From positions 3,082,866-3,146,865 of the forward strand of contig MU053379.1 in assembly GCA_013239625.1 (NCBI GenBank): 64,000 bases of DNA, in the 5' to 3' direction. Of this stretch, positions 26,420-38,881 are shown one piece after another (positions within the stretch are counted from its first letter, which is position 1; each line of letters begins with the position of its first letter). Origin of the DNA: Lama guanicoe. Lineage: Eukaryota. The translations under genes and the position numbers were made by a program. The notes below the pieces were generated by a model. The model worked only from the letters and a program-made list of their open reading frames with translations. It had not been told where the DNA came from and did not search any database.

Positions 26420-26860
26420 ACCGAGAGTGAAGCGAGGCCTTGGGCGTGGTCCGGGCACGTCCCTTCTGGACGCCGGCAGGGTTCGTCCAGGTTGTGCCGA
26501 ATCAACATGGCCTTGTAAACACTCACGCTGGGGGGTGGGGGTGGGGGTGGGNNNNNNNNNNNNNNNNNNCAGAGTGGAACAGCCAAATCTGTTTTGGGAT
26601 TTTGAGGAAACTTGGTTCCTGGACAAGGTGGGGAGGAACGAAAGTGGGACCCAGACCAGAGCGTCTTCCTCGTGCTGCCTGAACCGGGGGTGTCCAGGAC
26701 TCCGTGACGCTGTGAAAATCGCTGTCGGCCGTGGAGCCGCGCCCCTGCGCGCTTGCGCCCCGGCCACGGGCGTGTCCGGGAGGAGCGCTCCCCGGGCTGC
26801 CGCTGCAGCGAGGCCCGAGCCTTCGGGGCTTTGCTACGCCCCGAGGCCCCCAGCCTAAAA
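26420..26860. promoter_or_regulatory. Small CpG-rich cluster
   Basis: High CpG density at 26680-26850; no recognisable repeat or exon. Confidence 0.45.
26552..26569. other. Assembly gap (18 N)
   Basis: Run of N immediately after (GGGGGT)n. Confidence 0.99.
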
Positions 26861-27039
26861 AGGCTTTTCCAAACCTCGACTTCTTTTCTGGAAGTTATTT
26901 TCTTAGGTTTAATTTAACACAATAAACAGCCTCCAGGCTGTAAAGGATGGGCGTTCACAGGTTTCTGGAAGATGATTATGGCCATGAAATCGTGGTGACA
27001 GTCAAAACAGAAAGCTTGTCTTCCTCTGCAAAGTGCCCT

Positions 27040-27222
27040 CAAGCCTCGCTGCGTTCTTACTGGGACGTCAGTCCCACTGGTCAGGGCTCACACGGACGCT
27101 CTCATTTTAACCTAATCACCTTTGGAAAGGCCCCATCTCTCAATCAGGTCCCATTGTGAGGTGCTCGGGGCTAGGACTTCAGCACACACATTTTGGGGAG
27201 GGACACAGTTCAGTCCCTAACA
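27040..27222 (-). mobile_element. MaLR LTR fragment (MLT1)
   Basis: CTCATTTTAACCTAATCACC…CTAGGACTTCAGCAC…ACACAGTTCAGTCCCTAACA. Confidence 0.75.
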
Positions 27223-27549
27223 CCCCATAAAGGCGGGGGTGGGTGAACAATTCCTGTGGGCTGGGGGGTCAAGTTGATGGCACTGAGCCCTTGGGGTCAG
27301 GAACCCCTCTTGGTTCCTGAAATGAACCTGAATTTCCATCCCAGGGAGCCCCTCCCTCTGCACAACCACCTCTTAAGTCCCAGAACAGTCCCGTTGGCTT
27401 TGCGCCCCACTGCCCTCAGAGGGCACCCCCGCTGCTGAGGATAGCCCAGCCCCGAAGCTCTTCCTCCAAGCGTAGAGTACAGAGCATGTTGAATGATACA
27501 TCTGCTCTCTGCTGACAAGTAGGCAGAAGGGCTCAGAAATGAACTCTTG

Positions 27550-27990
27550 CTATGCAGAAGAAATCCGTTCTTTATCTATTTTTATATATGGTGGCTGACA
27601 TTTGCAAATCTCAAATCTCCCAAATGTATCCCTTCCTACCCCCTTTCCCTCAGGAACCATAAGATTGTTTACTATGTCTGCGAGTCTGTTTCTGTTTTGT
27701 AGATGAGTTCATTAGTGTCTTTTTTCTTTTTCTTTTCTTTTCTTTTTTTTTAGATTCTACATATGAGTGATATTATGGCATTTTTTTTCTCTTTCTGGCT
27801 TACTTCACTTAGAATGACAAACTATATTCAATATTTTGTAATAGCCTTTAACGAAAAAGAATATGAAAACAAATACACGCATGTACATGCATGGCTGGGA
27901 CACGAGGCTGTGCACCAGACACTGACACACTGCAACCGAACCGACTCTACTGCAATCATAGAAAAATTACTAAATAAACAAAACAAAAAA
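27550..27990 (+). mobile_element. Short L1 3' end with 5' inversion (twin priming) and 15-bp TSD
   Basis: 27550-~27818 is antisense L1 3' UTR; ~27819-27990 is the sense tail with A-rich end. AGAAATGAACTCTTG at 27535-27549 and 27991-28005. Confidence 0.9.
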
Positions 27991-28120
27991 AGAAATGAAC
28001 TCTTGGCCTAGACGGGGAGGAGAGAAGGAGGCAGACTCTGCCTTCCCCAAAACCTTTCTTCTGGCTGTTCTGGCACTTAAGGCAGCAGTAACATCAGGTG
28101 AGTCCAGGGCTGGCGAAGAG

Positions 28121-28287
28121 ATGTTTGTTTGTTTGTTTGTTTGTATAAATTTACTTTTTAATCTTTTTGGTGGGGGACGTAATTAGGTCTGTTTATTTCT
28201 TTATTTAGAGGAGGTTCTGGGGATGGAGCCCAGGACCTTGTGCATGCTAAGCAGGTGGTCTGCCACTGAGCTGTACCCTCCCCCCCT
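28121..28287 (-). mobile_element. tRNA-derived SINE (camelid-like)
   Basis: Reverse complement of the same SINE (…CACTGAGCTGTACCCTCCCC) with a (TTTG)n tail; AAGAGAT on both flanks. Confidence 0.9.
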
Positions 28288-29029
28288 GCAAAGAGATACT
28301 TGCTATGTCCTTCCTTTTAATTTTGTGCTTATAAACCTCTCTTAGGCATGCAAGCCGCAAATACCCAGCATGGCGTTTGCTACAAAGTCCTCCGGAGGAC
28401 AGGCCGCCTGGCAGGCCGCCAGCTCCGCCCCTGCGGGGCCCTGGGCTTCAATGCAGCTGAGGTGGGAACTTGCTTGGCTCCACACTTTTCTAAATATAAC
28501 CTTCTGCCAAGTGTTCTCAGCAAGGTAGCTGGGTTGCCAGAGAAATGAGATAAAGCCAAGGTCTTAAAGGAAAAGGATTCATCGGCTGTAGAAGGAGCAA
28601 TGAAAGGGGGAAATGTTCCTGCCCACCTTCCTGGGGGTTAGAGCTCAGGTGTCAGGAAGCATTTTTATTTATACCACGTAAACAAAAGAAAATACAGAAT
28701 AAAGATCAGGGAAAGTGCCGTTAGCAAAGAGCGAGGTTTTCTAAGAGGAGAGGATGAAGGTCAAGGGCTTGTGTCTGCCCCACGCGCTCACGCAGAGGCT
28801 GCACGCTGGCGGCCGGGCCGGCGCCCACCCCCAGGCATGTTTCGTTAGTGTGTACTGTGCCATAGTAAAAATACACGTAGTGGAATAAGTTACCAAACTT
28901 TTAAAATTGGGAGATTTCGTGCAAATATCTGCATTTCTGGCTTTCCTGCAGCAATTGGAAGACTTGGCAACGTGGGGTCCCAAAGGGTAATAACCCGTGT
29001 GGGCTGAGTGGGGGACACACCCTGGAGAC

Positions 29030-29536
29030 TGATGGAGATCCTGTCCCTGACCAAACCCTGAGCAGGCCCTCCGAGCCTCCTCCTCCTAGGCCTGAACCTT
29101 GGCTAACAGTGCCCTACCGCTCAAGGCCGCATCCTAGGGCGGCCCTGGCCCCTCTTCAGCTGCCTCCTGAGAAAGCCTACGGCTGCCGGAGAACGTCCTG
29201 CTTGTCAGCTGACACCTGAGGACAGTCCCGCGTCCCGGTCCCTGTTGGGGGCAGGAGCCCACCTTCCACAAGGGCCAGTCAGCAAACCCCGATGAGAGCC
29301 TCATGGACCAACACTCTTTTCTGCTTTTCTAGTCTCTCACATCCCTGGCTCTGCTGGGGCCCTGCTCACCCACCTCCCCAAGTCCCTCATTCTCCCTTTA
29401 AAACTCCTGGTCACCTCTGTCAAACCAAAGTTGAATTCCCTTCACACTGGACTTTTTCCCCTATTGCAATATTTACTACTGATTCAAATCTGTCCTTACC
29501 ACTTTAACCAGTGCCTGGCTTTGTTTATCTTTGATA
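29030..29536 (+). mobile_element. ERV1 LTR, MER31/MER67-like
   Basis: TGATGGAGATCCTGTCCCTGACCAAAC...GTTTATCTTTGATA; flanks AGAC/AGAT form a near-perfect 4-bp TSD. Confidence 0.7.
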
Positions 29537-31879
29537 AGATGTCCCCAGTCCCCACCCTCCTTCACCTCCTTCCTTTGTGTCTAAGCTGAATACAAGTTGT
29601 CAATTATCAACTTACTTGCAGTGTTATTTCACGTACAGGGAAGAAGGAAATAGAAGAATTTTTATGCCCACGTCCCTCCCAAAGGGGGAAAATGATCGCT
29701 ACAGAAAGCTGTGTGTTTTAAGAAAAATGGGAGGATACAGGATTCTTTCAGAAGCAAAGGCCATGCCTATGAGATAGGTTGCTCTGACCACTTCACTCCT
29801 AGACATTACCTGCCTGCTTCCTGAAGACACCTGTGTTTGGATCCCAGAGTCCTGAGTCCAGATACTGCACTGACCACATCAAGCCTCTGTTGAAGGCCTT
29901 TGTGGTTAAGCCATCTGGACCTCGGCAATGAGACTATAGAGTTAAAAGCCACCTGTGGCTTCTCCCCTCACCCTCAGTCTCCACCTGAGATGATGCTGGG
30001 CTTCCAGACTGGGCTCCACGTGGGACCATCCTCAGCCTTCACAGGCTGATTTCTCATCCCCACAAAGCTGAATTCACACATCTGTCAGGAAGAAGCATTC
30101 TCAAGAAGCCAGGTGGTAGGCGAGGGGGCCGTCTTGCAGGAAAGGATGGTTCGTTGTCCCAGGTTGCTGCACCCGTGGGGCTGGGGGCTAGCTCAGGACT
30201 GATGTCCTGGGACCTCATATCAGAGACCCTGAAGTGGCTGAAGCGTCTCGACTGCCAGCATCAGCTTCGAGGCAGCGTTGTCTTTTGGCTTCCTGAATCC
30301 CCGAGCTGTGTGCTTGCCTGATTATTCTTATTAGAGCTTCAGTCCCAGAGAATATTTATTTATTCAGTCTAAGACCCTGATAACTGCCTGAGCAGCTAAA
30401 AGGACTTGGCTCTATCAGTGGCCAAGACTTTCCCGATAAAAGACAGAAAGCCATTAATGTTTTTTGAATGTGAAAAGTTCCAGGCATATAAACTTAAAAT
30501 AATTTGCAAAGGAGTGATTTTTATGCTCAAGGGGGCTGATTTTTCCCCTGTTTTCATGAATGTGCCTGAGAGTGTGTGACTCTCCGTCAGTGAGAGGGAC
30601 TGCAGCACAGGCACTAGGATCCTTGACGAGATCTGGATCGACAGGGTGGTTGGTGGCTCTACTACCCAGGGGCCCCCGGAGAGGCGGGAGATGAACCAGG
30701 GTCTCAGTTCAGTTAGGGCCCAGAAGGAATCCCAGCCCACACACTGCTTCTGTGCAAATGGACTCACTGGGAACCAGACCAGTGGTGCAAGTGCATTAAC
30801 GACAAACAGAAAGCTGACGCCCAGCGGTGCGGGTGTGTACTAAACTGTGAGTGTGCGGGGTCCTCGAGTCCATCAGAATCAGATGGGCTCGTCCCACCAA
30901 TCTTTCTAGGGATGGTGAGTTTATTTCTCTAACTTTCTGTTGTGGAGAATTTAAAACATACAGAAAAGTCCACAGGACCGTATAAAAGACCCAGGTGTAG
31001 GTCACTGGCCCCAGCGCCCATCAGCCCACGGTCAGTTCTGCCATCCGCACCCTCCCATATTATTTTGCTGCAAACTTCAAACATGATATGGTGCATTCAT
31101 AAATATTTAAGTATGTAGCTCTCAAAACAAGCACTATTTTGAACATAACCACGGTAACAGCATTTTCAGACCAAAAAATAAATGAATAATTTCTCAGTGA
31201 CCATTTCAATTTCCAGTTATCACATAAATGACATCATGTTTTTCAGGTTGCCAGAATCAGGATCCAAATGCGATTCACACCGTGGTTAGTGGCTGTTCTG
31301 TGTCCCTGACGTCTCTTTTAATCCACAGGTTTTCTCTCCATCTCTTTTTTTTCTTGCACTGTATCTACTGAGGAAGCTGGGGTTTGTTTTTCTATTGCAT
31401 TTTGAAACAGAAGCAGAACACACAGGAGAACGAATAAGTCTTGCCCCACATCTCCCAGACACCATGTGCCGCGCCCATCCTCTGCCGTGGCCCCTGCCAC
31501 GTTGCGTTGGAGTTACTGGCCAGGCTATTCCTCCCACCAGCTGGCCCGGGGGCCAGCGGCAGTCTCTTGCCCGTTTCTGGATCCCCAGTGTGCTCTCCTT
31601 CCCGCACCAATGGAAGGCCACGACCCGCGTGGAAACTGAGTTTGCGTGGGGTCTGTGAGGACACGGTTCTCACCCAGCAAGGCGGGCGTGGGGGGACCAC
31701 AGAGTGGCAGAGTCCAGGTGACAGAAAGAGGACATGTGGGGGGGGATTAGAAAGCGTCCCTGGGCGGTGGGCGGCTCCCGGGGGGGAGGGCTTCAGCTCC
31801 ACCCCTTCCTGCACCTGGGCCCTCTGCCCTGTGGCTCTTCAGTTCTTTCCCCAAGTTCTTTCCTTGGCTTTGGCCCGGG

Positions 31880-32215
31880 CTGTCAGAGACGGGATGCACA
31901 TGGAGGAGGGAGAGAGAGCTTTTCCGTTTGCTCTAACCACCTTGCTCCTGTGCCTCCACCGTGAAAAGATGCCGGAGCTGGTGGGCTGGACCACGAGGAG
32001 CATGAGGCTGAGTCCAGCGGCCCTAGCCCTTCCAGCCAACTCCATCTCCATCCTGCTCAGCCAGTGCCAGCCAGACATGTGAGTGGGTCGCCCTAAAGCC
32101 AGAACTGCCCAGCCTCGCCACGCCTGAATCACTGACCCAGCGACATGTGAGCTAAACACACGAAGCTTCTTGTTTTAAGGCACCAAGTTTGGTGACAGCT
32201 GTTCTGCCACAGTCT
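31880..32215 (+). mobile_element. MaLR LTR fragment (MLT1)
   Basis: CCAGCCAGACATGTGAGTG…TTGTTTTAAGGCACCAAGTTTGG; the same type of end occurs at window start (1-~125). Confidence 0.6.
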
Positions 32216-33109
32216 CGGGGCCCAAGATGACCAATCCAGCCCCTCCTCCCTCGCTCACAAACAGGTACATTTTCCACAGTGAGAGTCACTGGTTTCAACC
32301 CACAGAAGAAAGGCTAAAAGGGACAGAGGTAAGCTATGATGGCATCAGGGCAATTAAAGAGCAGTGGCCTGGGCTACGGTTCTCGAGAAAAAATTGCTCT
32401 TAGAGGCCACTTTTTATACAAACGGGGCGTCCTAAAGCATCGCAATGACTGAATCCTGAGGCTGACAAGGGGTAAGGCTGGAGGGGTGTGGACTGTTCCT
32501 AATGACCCTTTTTGTGGAGGCTGTTCATCCCGTAGCCATAAAGAATTCACTAGATAATCTCGTATTAGGACTTTTTTGTTTGCCTTCCTCCAAATTCTAG
32601 AAGTAACTAGGAGAGGGCTGAGTGATAAGATTTTTGCCTTCTCATGAAAATCTTTTCCCTTATAAGGATCGTGGGAAATACCTTCTCCCTTCTTGACCGC
32701 GGCAACGACAGTCCCGGCCGATAGTTGCCGAGAGCTTTCTTCCGCCGCGCCCTGCGCTGGGCGCCGTGTGCGCGTGCCACACAGACTGCTGGGGGGGCTC
32801 GCCACTCCAGTTTACAAATGAGGAAGTAGTCCCAGAAAGGTTAAGTGATGTGTCTGTCCTACGTCTGTGTAGATTGGAAATGGGAGACTTGAACCTGATG
32901 CGTGTGATTCCAAAGTCAGCACTCATATTCTGTATGTTATGTTACATTCTGTTACATTCTATCACATCATGTTACATTATATTATATGAACTTACTGGAT
33001 GTAACTCCCTGAGAGAAGGCACCATGTCTTCACTGCCTTTAGTGCCCACGCCACGTCTACCTCCCGAACACCTGGGTGAATACACCATGTGTATTATATG
33101 CCCAATAAA

Positions 33110-33282
33110 TAATTTTTTAATTAAAGTATAGTTGATGTGCAATGTTGTGCTAGTTTCTGGTGTATAACATAGTGATTCAATTACACATACACATATTCTT
33201 TTTCACATTCTTTTTCATTATAGGTTATTACAGGTTATTGAATATAGTTCCCCATGCTATATAGTGGGACCCTATTGTTTAT
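33110..33282 (-). mobile_element. L1 3' end
   Basis: AAGTATAGTTGATGTGCAATGTTGTG…GAATATAGTTCCC; TAAATAAT on both flanks. Confidence 0.85.
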
Positions 33283-33902
33283 TCAGTAAATAATGATTGA
33301 ATTGAAAATGAAAAGGCCGTAACTGCTACTCCACCCCACCCTTGGAAACCCGATCTTTCTCGTTTCAGCTGCATCTTGGGCACCTGCGTCCACCTCTGAT
33401 GTCTTGCAGCCGCAGGGCACGCTGAGTTCCAGCTCAGCACCTGCTCACTTTCCTGCCCCAGGGCTGGCTCCAAATCCAGGGGAGCCCACAGGCTGCAGCA
33501 AGAGCTGGCAGGGCAGGGAGCAAGGTGGGGGTTCCTGCCTCTAGGGTTGCCTCTTCATCAAAGGCTGTCGGGGCTGGCGGGTGACATCCCAACCTCTCGC
33601 CTGTCCTTCAGAGGAACAACTCTGAAGCATGTCCTAACAGAGGGTCCAAAGCGGGGCTGAGTCCGGTGGTCCACAGTGATGCCCAGCCCGGAGGCACGTC
33701 CTTTACTGACTCTTCGCCTTCCAGATCACCATCCCCCACTCCAGCTTCCCAGGACCACCCTCCAAATAAACTTCTGGCACCCGAGTCCCTGCTGCAGGCT
33801 CGGGGCCCCCAGTCCTCTCCCCTCAGGGAGTGGTACCACTGCCTGGCGCCTCCTCACGTCCTCTGAGCAAGCTCAAAGCCTCATCACAGACAGTGCCCTG
33901 AT

Positions 33903-34230
33903 TTGTTTTTCAGTTTTATTGAGGCATAATTGACAAATAGAATTGTAAGACTTTTAAAGTGCACACTGTGGTGATTTGATACACGTACACGCTGAGAAAG
34001 GCTTCCTACCACCTAGGTAAGTAACACATCCATCATCTCATCTATTTGTCTTTTTCTATTAGAACTTTTACATTCTGCTCTCTCAGCAAATTTCAGTCAC
34101 TCAGTAAATACAATGTTGTCAGCTCTAGTCACCGTATTTTACATTATATCCTCAGATCTTATTTGTCTCACAGCTGAAAGTTTGTACCCTTTTACTAACC
34201 TCCCCTTACCTCCCCTCCCCTCCCCTCCCC
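33903..34230 (-). mobile_element. Older L1 (L1MA-like) 3' end
   Basis: TTTTATTGAGGCATAATTGACAAATA…CTGAAAGTTTGTACCCTTT, an antisense L1MA-type 3' UTR. Confidence 0.75.
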
Positions 34231-35327
34231 CGACACTCACACTCTGACTTTTTAATGAAAAAGTCAGACTTTTTAAAGAAAAATGTCACGGTTGACCTTT
34301 AAGTGAACAGTTTTACAGACTTTAAAAATAATTGGTTCTATTTTCAGTTTTCCTTCTCTGCCTCCATTATTACAAATTTGGGTTTCTGCCTGTCCTTGGC
34401 GCTGCCCGAGCTCCACCCCTGTGCCCTTGGGCTCTTGGCATTTTCCAGCACACTTCCTCCTGGATGCTCCCGCGCCCACTGTGAGTACCTGAGTCTCTTT
34501 GGGGGATTGTCCCTAAACTCCTGGAACTCACTTTGCCTGCAGCACGGAGTCTGGGGGTTTGCCGCCCCGAGCTGTGACTCACGGTGGGTGGTGCCTGGCC
34601 GCCCTGATTGACCGCCTCCCAGCGAGCCCCTCACCAGGCTGAGCCACAGCTGCCCTCAGTGGGAGTTGCCCGAGGTCTCACCTGGCTTAGCCTCCCTGGC
34701 TTAGCCTCCCTGCCTTCTCTGGGCCACTGTCTCTCTCCCAGGTTTTTCCTGGAAAGGTTTCCTGAGAAATCCCTCCCACACAAATTCCTGCTTCCAGGGA
34801 TCCAGCCTGAGACACAACTCAGTTCCCCCTTGAGGAAAGGAGGTGGTGGCTGCCCAGGATGTGGTGGGTGACGATGCGTCTTAGGTGGGGTGGCTTCTGG
34901 CCAAAGACAGGCCAAGGTGGAGGTACAGGGCCCACCCCTCTTCCAGGGAGGGGCCCTCCTATGGGCAGTCCTGGCTCGAGAGCTCCTGGCTGGCTGGTGG
35001 GTGATGCTCTTTGCCAGGTTGCAGACGGGTCCCTCTCGGGACTCAGTCTCCCCCTCTGTTGAATGAGGGATGACGGTGATAACGAGGCAGCAGTAGCTGT
35101 AGCCCCCAGGGGTGTTGGAAAGAGTGAGTTGCTGGAAAGAACATGGCTAGCACCTGGAGCAGCGCCCGGGACAGAGTAAGCACTTCATAAATCTGATGTG
35201 AGTGTATCACTACATCCCTTGGGCCTCCCCTAGGAAGGAAGAGAGACGGCTGTGCTTGGGCAGGGCAGGGAGAAGGAGCTCTCTGAGGGAGACACAGCAA
35301 GAGGCCACGGAGGGCAGCTGGACTGGG

Positions 35328-35532
35328 CAGTGCCTAGGAGCACTTCTGACACCTTAGGCCAGACCCTTCTCTATCGTGGGCCGTCCTGTGACTGCAGGAT
35401 TTTCAGCACCCCTGGCCTCGGCCCATCAGAGGCCAGTAGCACCTTGTATCCTTTGCTGTGACAGCCTAACATGTCCCAGACACTGCCAAATGTCTGCTGA
35501 AGAACAAAATTCCCACCAGGTGAGAACCCCTG
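35328..35532. mobile_element. MER20-like hAT DNA transposon
   Basis: …GTCCTGTGACTGCAGGATTTTCAGCACCCCTGGCCTC…GCCAGTAGCACC…GCCAAATGTC…TGAGAACCCCTG. Confidence 0.8.
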
Positions 35533-36114
35533 GTCCAGCGGGAACAGAGGAAGCCACTCCAGCAGCTCAAAGGCAACCCCAGGGCAGTGATGTGAACGTG
35601 ACTCTTCCTGGAGAGGAAGTGAGCCTGGCGGAGACAGCCGCTTCCCTTCTGCTTCTCTGGTAGTCTGTGGTAACACGTTTATTTGGATACACGTGTGTGT
35701 GATGGAGAAAAAAAGATCTAAAAAGAGATGGAATACACACCACCTCCACAAAAGGGTGACATCGTAAGCAGAAATGCCTTCGGGGCCTGTGATCGAGGTT
35801 CCTGTAGGTGGATAAAAACAGCTGTCCCCTGTGGGAGCCATGGGGGCGGGTGAGCCCGGGCAGCTTTCCCTGTGCCCCTTGTCCCACCCCAAATGTGTGC
35901 TTTCCGTCCCAGTCTGGCCTGTGTTCTTTGCTTTCTCCCAGAACCATTCCCGTCAGGGCCTCTGGGGAATCAACCCTGCAGGGATTCCAGATTGCTAGGA
36001 ATTGCCAAAGAGGCCTGGGAACCAACCCCGCTTCCCCACTTTTTGAATCCAGGTGGCTGATTAACTTCCTCTTTTTCGAATACTCAGCAGCGCTTTCTTG
36101 AGGAGATCTCAGCT

Positions 36115-36245
36115 CTGCTTCCCTGGGGATCCCATTAAACTACAGATTCTGATTTGGTAAAACTGGGAAGGGCCCCGAGATTCTATTTCCAGCAGGCTTC
36201 TACCCAGCGATGCTGGTCCACTGGTCCACGGACCACAATGAGACT
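36115..36245. mobile_element. MER5A-like hAT relic (others at ~52850-53030, ~53400-53540, ~62398-62570)
   Basis: CAGATTCTGATT…ATTTCCAGCAGGCTTCTACCCAGCGATGCTG…GGACCACA pattern and its reverse complement. Confidence 0.65.
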
Positions 36246-37499
36246 CAAGGGGCCGGCGGACAGTTCTGCACAAGGCTGTCTTTTTCAGCACCTAAAACCA
36301 AGGGTTTTCAGCCACAGTTCTGGAAGCAGCAAAGAGTCATTTTTATGGAAAAGCAACCAGCCAGGGTGGGTTTGTGTCCACACGGACAGGCGTCTCCTCC
36401 GGGATAACCGGAGGCAGGATGCACTGAATGTCATCGAGCCGGTGGCTTTTCTTTCTCATGTCCTGCTGCATCTCTGCTCTGTGTGCAGAGCACAAGCTCC
36501 TTTCAAGAGAGGCGGCAGGGGGAGGGTGGGAGGCGGGGTGGGGGGTGCTGGAGGCTGAGCCCGAGTGGTCCCGGCACGTGGGCGCGGTTTGCGCGGTGGC
36601 CACTCCGTGTGTGGCGCATGGGCCCTTGGAAATCCCCCTTGAATGGCCAGGAGGAGCTTGGGAGGTGAGTGGCAGCAGACGACTGTCACCTGCACTGGTT
36701 TCCCAAAGGATTTGGCAAGTGCTCACAAAAGTAGAAAGGATAACCTGAGCCCTGGGGGTCCTTTATGAACGGGGAGATTACGGGGGCCTCCCCACAGCCC
36801 AAGGGTGCGGAACAACAGGGCCATTGTGGGGCAGGGCATTCATATTGAAGACAAAATATGAGCTGGGTGGTCCGGATAATGGAAGCATTTATGACTCCGG
36901 CTAAGCATACGTATGTCGAACGGATCCACAGATTACCCCTTGCGGAGTCTGGGCCCGTGCGGGTCCGCGGGGCGAGGCTGGCCGGGTGCAGATCTGGGAT
37001 AAAGGCACCGATGATCAAAGCGACTCAGGGGGACTACAGAGCTGTTTCTCTGTGACCTGGGGGTACAATGGAGTGAGGAGCAGCATTTCACTGAAGACCA
37101 GGGCTGGTTTCCAATGGCGTTCTTAAAAATGCTGAACTTCAGAGAAAAATGCTCTCAATCCACCCTTGGAGGGGAAACGCAGCGCCGGGGAAACCCGGGC
37201 TGGGAAGCCGGGTGACCCGGTGGCCTGAGCGCAGGTCTGCAGCTGGGATCTGGGAGGACAAACCACTGGCGTGGCTGTGACTTGATCAACGACCTTGGAT
37301 CAGTCACACGGCTTTCATGTCCTTGTCTGCGGGGGACTGAGGTCGGCTGTGGGCTCCGAACTCTCCAGGCCCCGTGCAGAATGTGGCTCGAAGACCACGT
37401 TCCTTTTCACTCTGCCCATGAATTTTCCAGAACAGAAGCACCAAACGTTCTGGGTGCCACACACCCTCACCTGCCTTAGGGTTTCTCCTATTTGTGTGT

Positions 37500-38390
37500 G
37501 TGTGTGTGTGTTTTTAACAGATACAGTTTGATGAGTTCTGACACATGCATATACCTGTGAAAACATCACAATGACGGCAGTGAGCGCAGACAGCATTCTG
37601 CAAAGCTCCGTTCTGCCCTTGCAATCCTTCCCTCCCTGCAACCCTCCCAGCACCAGGTCACACGGGTCTGCTTTCTGTTTCTTTAGAGTAATTTTGTATC
37701 CCTGGACTTCTATATACATGGAAACAGACTGTACACTGTACACACTATGGCAACTTGCACTCACCACCATGGTTTTAAGATTCGTCCCGGTTGCGTGCAT
37801 CAGTGTTGGTTCCTTTTCACTGCTGGCTGGTACTCCTCTCTGGACGCACTACGATCCGTTTACCAGTTCACACGTTGATGAACATGTGAGTTCTGTCCAC
37901 TTTGTGGCCTTTCCACACAGAGCTGCTGTGATCACTCATGGTCATGTCCTTGCCCGGACCTGTGCCTTCCTTTCTCTAGGAATGGGACACCTAGATCACG
38001 TGGGACGTGGGTATAGCTTTTTAAGGAAACTACCAAATTTTTTTTCCAAAGAGACTGTCCCATTTTCCACTTCTATTTAGCAAAGGAGGAGGGTTCCAGT
38101 TGCTTCGTATCCTTGCCAACACTTGGTACGGTCTGCCGTTTAAATTTTAGCTGTTCTGGTGGATTTGTAGTGGTGTCTCGGTATGATTTTTAACTTGCAT
38201 TTCCCTAGGGATTAGTGACGTGAAACGTCTTTGCATGAATATATTTACATTTAAAAAATCTTCTTTGGTGAAGTGCCCACTTTTCAAAAAATTGAGTTGT
38301 CTGTCTTAATATGGAGTCGAGAGTATTGTTCATATATTCTAGATATGAGTCCTCTTTGTACACAGGTTTTGCAAATATCTTCTCCCATTC
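37500..38390 (-). mobile_element. Old L1M 3' region (similar relics at ~9470-9780, 12270-13050, 24650-25230, 25550-26160, 30930-31420)
   Basis: Degenerate antisense L1 ORF2-end/3' UTR phrases (GTTCCAGTTGCTTCGTATCCTTGCCAACACTTGGT, TTGCAAATATCTTCTCCCA). Boundaries approximate. Confidence 0.7.
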
Positions 38391-38881
38391 TCGCCTCGTG
38401 GCGGTGCGCTGAGAACAAGAAGTCACAGCCAAGGAGGGCAGGGGTGCCACCGGGCTGGTTCGTTTCATCCTGGCATCCCTGCTGTTTTAGGAACGGCTCC
38501 TCTTACCAGACCTGCCTTTGACTCTTTCCTACCACCTCTAGGGTCTTAGGGCCTTCCTGTGCCACACTGTGTGGTGCCACATGTTACGTGAATGCCACAC
38601 ACACCTTCTCACCCTCTGCCTGAAAGTGAGTAACAGTCATTTGAACAGCCCCAGCCCCCAGAACGAATATTTGGGGGGCATGACAGAGGAGGTGCCCACG
38701 ATCGAGCCTCCGCCAGCACCACCAACAACACGTTATGTAGGAAGGAAGTGTCTGCAATCCTTTTAAGCCCCGAGCTAAGGCTGCAGGTCAGTCGTGCCCC
38801 CAACCCTCTCTGCCTCACTTGAGGCAGTGCTGTCTCCCTCCACAATTTTCTTCCTTACTGGGTAACAGTGGGGCAGTTTTC

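Noticed and set aside
2841..34712. Tiny tandem duplications (2841-2868, ~11363-11383, 13011-13045, 34681-34712)
   Set aside because: Ordinary 10-20 bp slippage duplications with no further structure.
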